Below are positions 59,142 through 64,000 of a stretch of 64,000 bases of DNA, one piece after another; positions within the stretch are counted from its first letter, which is position 1; every line of letters begins with the position of its first letter. The stretch is from positions 148,620 to 212,619 of the forward strand of contig JAFYXV010000007.1 of the NCBI GenBank assembly GCA_017557885.1, given 5' to 3'. The stretch comes from a bacterium. Lineage in GTDB: Bacteria > Auribacterota > UBA3054. The notes beneath the pieces are model-generated. The model was not told where the DNA came from. It did no database searches and saw only the letters and a program-made list of their open reading frames with translations. A program made the position numbers and the translations under genes.

Positions 59142-60008
59142 CTAATTGATGTACAGTTCATCCTGCTCGTCGGTGCGGCAGGGACGGTTACGTAATAAAA
59201 GTTCTTTTATGAAGTCGAAGATGCGTTTCTCTTCCTGGCTGGAAGGCTGGTAGCCGGCGTAGCGGACGTTGAAGGAAACCGAGCAGAGCTCTTTGGCGGC
59301 TCTCAGCATCCTTTGGTCGAGGCTTTTTTCCAGGGCCTCTTTCTCGTCCGCGCTGTCCAGGTCGGGAAGAGCGTACTTGTACCTGAGGTATCTTCTCAGG
59401 ATATCCTCGCATTTTTCAAAATAAGCGGCGATCTCGCCTTTCATTCTCAGCGTTTTGCATTCCTCCAGCTCCCCTAACAAAGTTTCCTCCAGGCTGGCTT
59501 CTTCTTTCGCGGCGGATCTCGGCCGCGCTTTTTTCAAAATGACAAAAAGCAGGAGGATAAGGAGCGCTCCCAAACCTGCAAGGGCGAAGATCAGGAAGCG
59601 ATAAGAGCGCTTGACGTTCAGGACGACGCCGGGGACGGTGGAGGAGGAGAACTCCTGATCCTCCAATCCTCTGGTCATGACCTCGATGAGACCGGTCTCC
59701 ACGACGCTGCCGGGAGCGTTCGTGACAAGAAGGTCGATAACGTAGGTCGCGGTGTGCTGCGTTCCGCCCGGTCCGGGCTTCGACTCGTTGTAACTGACGA
59801 TGTCATTCACCAGCGCGCCCTTCAGTTCCTTCAGGCGGGGAGTGCGCACGGAGACGGTCTCGAAGCCAGTCCAGGTGGCTGTCATTTTCAGCTGCGTGCT
59901 CTTTTGGGAGACGACGTTGGTGCTTTCCGGAAGGACTTCCCATGTAACTTCCGAATAGGCGCTCAGCGCCAGCAGAAAAACTATAATTATGTAAATCGTT
60001 TTACGCAT
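59142..60008 (-). CDS. membrane protein (signal - Ig-like - TM - helical domain), first gene of the Bat operon
   Basis: Signal peptide, TM FLIFALAGLGALLILLLFVIL; C-terminal ILRRYL..KY and VRYAGY resemble the 55638 gene product. Confidence 0.7.
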   Translation of the reverse strand: MRKTIYIIIVFLLALSAYSEVTWEVLPESTNVVSQKSTQLKMTATWTGFETVSVRTPRLKELKGALVNDIVSYNESKPGPGGTQHTATYVIDLLVTNAPGSVVETGLIEVMTRGLEDQEFSSSTVPGVVLNVKRSYRFLIFALAGLGALLILLLFVILKKARPRSAAKEEASLEETLLGELEECKTLRMKGEIAAYFEKCEDILRRYLRYKYALPDLDSADEKEALEKSLDQRMLRAAKELCSVSFNVRYAGYQPSSQEEKRIFDFIKELLLRNRPCRTDEQDELYIN

Positions 60009-60019
60009 GCCAGGGATAA

Positions 60020-60036
60020 TGCAAAAAGCATGCCAA
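60020..60036 (-). promoter_or_regulatory. sigma54 (-24/-12) promoter of the MoxR-Bat operon
   Basis: TTGGCATGCTTTTTGCA on the minus strand; GG at 60034-33 and GC at 60022-21 have canonical spacing. Confidence 0.78.
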
Positions 60037-60084
60037 AAATTAAACCACGCTGTTTGCCAAACTTATAAATTTACCGGCAGGGCG

Positions 60085-60103
60085 TTTTGTCAAAATGACA
60101 AAA
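60085..60103. promoter_or_regulatory. perfect palindrome, candidate enhancer/operator
   Basis: TTTTGTCA-AAA-TGACAAAA centred about 85 bp upstream of the predicted sigma54 start site. Confidence 0.6.
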
Positions 60104-60232
60104 GGAAAAATATGTGTTCAATTTATAAATAAAAACTGTTTTTTAAGGATATTTATTTATAGGGGTCTATTTCATATCATATTAACGTAAAGAAGACTTT
60201 AACCATTAACCAAAAATCAACGAGGAATATTT

Positions 60233-62755
60233 ATGAAACGAATCCTTATAGCTTTGCTTCTCCTGGTCTGCGTTCCGGTCTTCGCCGACGCTGTTTATCA
60301 GGAAGATTTTGAAAGCTACGAAGTGGGCACCCAGATGGCCGAACAGGAAGGCTGGGAGATCTTCAACAATTACAGCGGCAACACCACGGTCGTTGACAAC
60401 GCTCCCAACATCGACTCCAAGGCCATGGAACTGAGCCAGTCCCTGAGCGGTTCCGACCAGTACGTCATGGTCCTGACTCCGACCTTCGATACCACGCCCG
60501 ACAACGTTTATAAAAAGGTCACGAAGTTCTCCACGAAAATGATCTGCGGTTCCGGCACCGATCTTATCGCGCTCTATGACAAGAACATGAACCGCTTCTT
60601 CTATCTTGCCCTCAACGGCAATGACGGCACGATGTCTTCCGCCCCGGGCGGCGTCAGCTTTGAGAACGTCAATGCGGACGGTCAGACTCCCAACGAGATC
60701 TCTTTCATTTTTGACCATCTCCACAACCAGATCACGTCTGTGACCTGCAACGGCGAGACTCAGGAATGCGCTATCATGCTGGAGACCACCTTTGAACAGC
60801 CCTGGAGATTCCGTCTTTCCACTTATCTGGGCGATCAGGTCGAAGGCGCTACCGGTTCCTACTATGACTATCTTACGGTCGAGAATGTGAACCGCGCCGA
60901 AGAGCCCACCATCTTCTGCGAAAGCGACGCGGTCATTCCCCTGGATTCCACCAGCGCGGAGTTCACGCTCTTCAACGGCGCCTCTGAAGGCGAGATCAAC
61001 TTCAGCGTTACCACCGATTCCGACTGGCTGGAAGTCACCCCCGACAGCGGCACCTTCTCCGACTCCACCGTTCTTACCCTGAAGGCCAAGGAAGACATGC
61101 CTGACGGCTTCTACCGCGGCAACATGACAATTTCCGGCGGCGCCGGCGACCCGAGAGTCGTCTCCGTCATGTGCTCCAAAGGCAACATCATCTTCGAAGA
61201 AAAATTCGACGATATGGAAGACGGCGACATCGTGGGCCAGAGAGGCTGGACGCTCGATCTGGGCAAAGTTGTTGTTTCAAACGCCTACGACTGCAGCGGC
61301 AAATGCATGTTCATTTACGCCGCGGGCGGCAACAACGCCTGCAGTATGTATCTGCCGGAACCTTGTTGGTATAAAGACCTGGTGGTGAGAGTGTCCTTCG
61401 ACGTGTACTGGCCCTCCGACGGCACGGCTACCGACGTCTGCATGCTGCAGAAAAACAGCCACGAAAAGTTTGAGAACTATGTTTCGAAAGACGAAAGCGG
61501 TGAAGGTTTCTATCTGTATAACATTCAAAAAAACAATGGCGCTAAGAGAGTCAAGAATTTCCACGTCGCCCCCTACGACAAGTGGGTCACGGTGGAATAT
61601 ACCATTGACCTCCAGGCCAACATGCTTCTCAGTTTTGGCTGGGACGGCGTTGTCACGAACTTCACCAATTGGCAGCTCAAGCAGCCCGACACCCATTTCT
61701 ACAATTCCTGGGGTTATGCCGTCTGGGATAACGCCAACGGCGTTTATGAGTGCAATCATGCCATCGACAATATCAGGGTTGAAAGAGTCGAAAAGGAAGC
61801 GGACGCTAAGATGATCGTTCCCCTGTCTGCATCTGTGGGCGTTAACGATAGCGCTGCGATCAATGTCTTGAACGGCGGCAAGGGATCCTTCGATTACACG
61901 GCTGAAGTTCTCGATCTTGCCGAAAACGTCACGGTCTCCCCAAGCAGCGGCACTGTTGAGGATAGTCAGGAAGTGACGTTCACCGTGGATAGGGAAGGCT
62001 TGGGTGACAACTACTATCGCTCCAGAGTAGTGTTCAACGCCGGCGAAGCCGGATGCACCACCACCATCGTTTCCTTCGTGGTGGGCGGCGTCTATTACTC
62101 AGCCGACTTCGAAGCACCGTTCTTCGCATTGGGCGAATTTGCCGGCCAGGACGACTGGGGCGACAACAACCCCGGCGCCAACGTTGCCTACATTCTCAGC
62201 ACCAACGACAACCAGACCGTGATGATCGAGATCGGCGGCGGCTACGGCGGCTATTACCACTCCCTGGATGTTCCTGAAAACAGCATGGTCAGGTTCGACT
62301 GCGACGTCTTCCTCCCGCCCGCCATCTTCGAAAGAGAAGACCTGATCGGCAGGGAAGTCATTTACTTCAAGCAGAACAGCATGTATCAGTCCGCCGCGGA
62401 CATCACGCTGGACATCGACTTCATGGACGGCGTTCCCATCGTTTACGGTCTCGACCATGCCAACGACTACATGTTCTGCACGACCGAATACGCGGAAGAC
62501 TGGATGCACGTTTCCTACGTCATCGACTACAAGGAAGGCCTGCTCACGGAATTCACCATCGACGACAATTCTGAATATCCGCAGGATGCCTACATAAATG
62601 AAAACTACAAGGGCGCCGGCTGCAACCTCTTCTGCCTGTGCGTGACCTACGCTGGCAACATCCAGTTCGACAACGTCAAAGTGAGCGTTGTTCCTGAACC
62701 GGCTGTTCTCGGCTTGCTCGCACTCCTTGGTCTGGCTCTTATCAGACGCAAATAA
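60233..62755 (+). CDS. acidic PEP-CTERM surface protein: three ConA/LamG-like domains separated by two BACON-like domains
   Basis: Signal peptide; repeats YQEDFE...QEGW, FEEKFD...GQRGW, YSADFE...GQDDW ending YYDYLTV / IDNIRV / FDNVKV; linkers DWLEVTPDSGT and VTVSPSSGT; terminal VPEPAVLGLLALLGLALIRRK. Confidence 0.82.
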   Translation: MKRILIALLLLVCVPVFADAVYQEDFESYEVGTQMAEQEGWEIFNNYSGNTTVVDNAPNIDSKAMELSQSLSGSDQYVMVLTPTFDTTPDNVYKKVTKFSTKMICGSGTDLIALYDKNMNRFFYLALNGNDGTMSSAPGGVSFENVNADGQTPNEISFIFDHLHNQITSVTCNGETQECAIMLETTFEQPWRFRLSTYLGDQVEGATGSYYDYLTVENVNRAEEPTIFCESDAVIPLDSTSAEFTLFNGASEGEINFSVTTDSDWLEVTPDSGTFSDSTVLTLKAKEDMPDGFYRGNMTISGGAGDPRVVSVMCSKGNIIFEEKFDDMEDGDIVGQRGWTLDLGKVVVSNAYDCSGKCMFIYAAGGNNACSMYLPEPCWYKDLVVRVSFDVYWPSDGTATDVCMLQKNSHEKFENYVSKDESGEGFYLYNIQKNNGAKRVKNFHVAPYDKWVTVEYTIDLQANMLLSFGWDGVVTNFTNWQLKQPDTHFYNSWGYAVWDNANGVYECNHAIDNIRVERVEKEADAKMIVPLSASVGVNDSAAINVLNGGKGSFDYTAEVLDLAENVTVSPSSGTVEDSQEVTFTVDREGLGDNYYRSRVVFNAGEAGCTTTIVSFVVGGVYYSADFEAPFFALGEFAGQDDWGDNNPGANVAYILSTNDNQTVMIEIGGGYGGYYHSLDVPENSMVRFDCDVFLPPAIFEREDLIGREVIYFKQNSMYQSAADITLDIDFMDGVPIVYGLDHANDYMFCTTEYAEDWMHVSYVIDYKEGLLTEFTIDDNSEYPQDAYINENYKGAGCNLFCLCVTYAGNIQFDNVKVSVVPEPAVLGLLALLGLALIRRK

Positions 62756-62764
62756 AAGAGCGCT

Positions 62765-62796
62765 AAAAAAGGCTCGGCGAAAGCCGGGCCTTTTTT
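62765..62796 (+). terminator. intrinsic terminator
   Basis: AAAAAAGGCTCGGC-GAAA-GCCGGGCCTTTTTT. Confidence 0.85.
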
Positions 62797-62840
62797 GGCA
62801 AAAGATATTTTTTCATTTAACCAAACCATCAGGAGAGTAT

Positions 62841-64000
62841 ATGAAACGGTTACTCTGTCTGTCGCTTCTTGCGGCGGTCTTCATGGCCTCGACGGCCTAC
62901 TCCTTCCAGTATTGGGGAGACGATTACTCCAGCTACGATGTTGGCGACAATCTTCTGGATCTCGGTTACACCACCTTCTCGACTTACGCCGGCGCGCCGG
63001 TCATCGTCGAGGCTTTCGGCACCAAGTGCCTGCAGCTGCAGAAAAGCGAAGGCGGATCTGAAGATTACAACATGATCCTGACGCCGGTCATCGGCCCGGA
63101 TTGGGCGACGCTTGCGGAAAGCGGCTATGTTCAGGAAAATTTCGATGTGGTCGTCAAGGGCACGGTCTGCCCCGGCAGCGGCGTTGACCTCTTCGCCCTC
63201 TACGGCCAGAGCACCAACCGCTTCTTCTTTTTCAACTGCAACACCTCCGGTTTGCTGGCCACGGATCCCGCCTCCCAGCTCTTTGAGAACGTCAAGACCG
63301 ACGCGCTGAACGAGATCTCCGCCACGCTGCGTTTTTCCGACGGCGTCTATAAGCTGGTCAAGGTGACGGTGAACGACGAGACCTGGGAAGGCGAATCGGC
63401 CTGCGCTTCCGGCGACGCCCCGCGTTTCCTGCGCCTTTCCACCCAGCTCTCCACTTTGGCGGAAGGCAATGAGGGCGCCATCTACGGCAACGCCGCCATC
63501 GACTTCGTTTCCAGAGGCGACTCCAACACCATGTATCTGGAAAATTTCGACAGTTATGAGGACGGGACCCAAATGGCAGAACAGCCGGGCTGGGCTTTCT
63601 TCAGCACTTATTCCGGCAACACCACGGTTACGAGCGGTCTGGAAGGCTTCGAAGGCAAAGGCATGGTGCTCTCCCAGTCCGAGGGCGGCTCCGACGCTTA
63701 TGTCATGGTGCTTACTCCGGCCATTGAATTAAATCCGCCGAGCCCCGGCACCCAGTATGCCAAGATCACCTGCAAGTTCACCTGCGGCAGCGCCACGGAC
63801 CTTATCGCTTTTTACGATATGGCCGGCACCCGCTGGTTCTATTTGCTTTGCAACGGCGACGCGGGAACGGCTGCTTCCAATCCTGCCGGCATTGAATTTG
63901 ACAATCTGAGCACGGACGGCAAGACGCTGAACACCATTTCCTTTACTTACGACTCCCTTGACAACAAGATAGTCGGCGCCAGCTGCAACGGCACGACCGT
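62841..64000 (+). CDS. secreted paralog of the 60233 surface protein, truncated by window end (absent from ORF track)
   Basis: AGGAG RBS and ATG 62841; manual translation is open to the edge: MKRLLCLSLLAAVFMASTAYS...YLENFDSYEDGTQMAEQPGW...YVMVLTP...CGSATDLIAFYD. Confidence 0.85.
   Translation, partial: MKRLLCLSLLAAVFMASTAYSFQYWGDDYSSYDVGDNLLDLGYTTFSTYAGAPVIVEAFGTKCLQLQKSEGGSEDYNMILTPVIGPDWATLAESGYVQENFDVVVKGTVCPGSGVDLFALYGQSTNRFFFFNCNTSGLLATDPASQLFENVKTDALNEISATLRFSDGVYKLVKVTVNDETWEGESACASGDAPRFLRLSTQLSTLAEGNEGAIYGNAAIDFVSRGDSNTMYLENFDSYEDGTQMAEQPGWAFFSTYSGNTTVTSGLEGFEGKGMVLSQSEGGSDAYVMVLTPAIELNPPSPGTQYAKITCKFTCGSATDLIAFYDMAGTRWFYLLCNGDAGTAASNPAGIEFDNLSTDGKTLNTISFTYDSLDNKIVGASCNGTT

Noticed and set aside
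60070-60092. Plus-strand sigma54 promoter for the 60233 gene (CGGCAGGGCGTTTTGT)
   Set aside because: Spacing is off by one and the -12 GC is missing.
62795-63732. Frameshifted or pseudogenised gene suggested by several short ORFs in the track
   Set aside because: The frame from ATG 62841 is uninterrupted to the window edge; the listed fragments are off-frame.

Overview
A gene-dense bacterial chromosome segment with GC-rich coding DNA and AT-rich intergenic DNA. No rRNA, tRNA, CRISPR array or mobile element was recognised. From left to right: (1) a minus-strand dapL-folK-rnfDGEA-S10 peptidase-degenerate ABC-like-DMT operon with no rnfC or rnfB; (2) two envelope hypotheticals; (3) an operon of a LysM-ectodomain membrane pseudokinase, ligA and lpdA; (4) gdhA, rpsT and metY; (5) a dcw cluster from mraZ to ftsZ with a LysM lipoprotein between murD and ftsW, no murB or ddl, and divergent FtsZ/FtsA, an arrangement that points to a PVC-superphylum lineage (inference); (6) an alkaline-phosphatase-superfamily enzyme and a heparinase-II/III-like protein; (7) three tandem PEP-CTERM S8 subtilases in a probable operon with a PrsA-like lipoprotein foldase and a GT2; (8) a 10-gene MoxR-DUF58-Bat operon behind a consensus sigma54 promoter, divergent from two paralogous lectin-fold surface proteins, the second truncated by the window edge. 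The best candidates for undescribed biology are a tight three-way-junction RNA overlapped by a 64-codon ORF between murF and mraY, the PEP-CTERM subtilase/foldase module, the LysM pseudokinase, and the sigma54-driven, apparently leaderless Bat operon. All calls come from reading motifs by eye; no database search or folding program was run.
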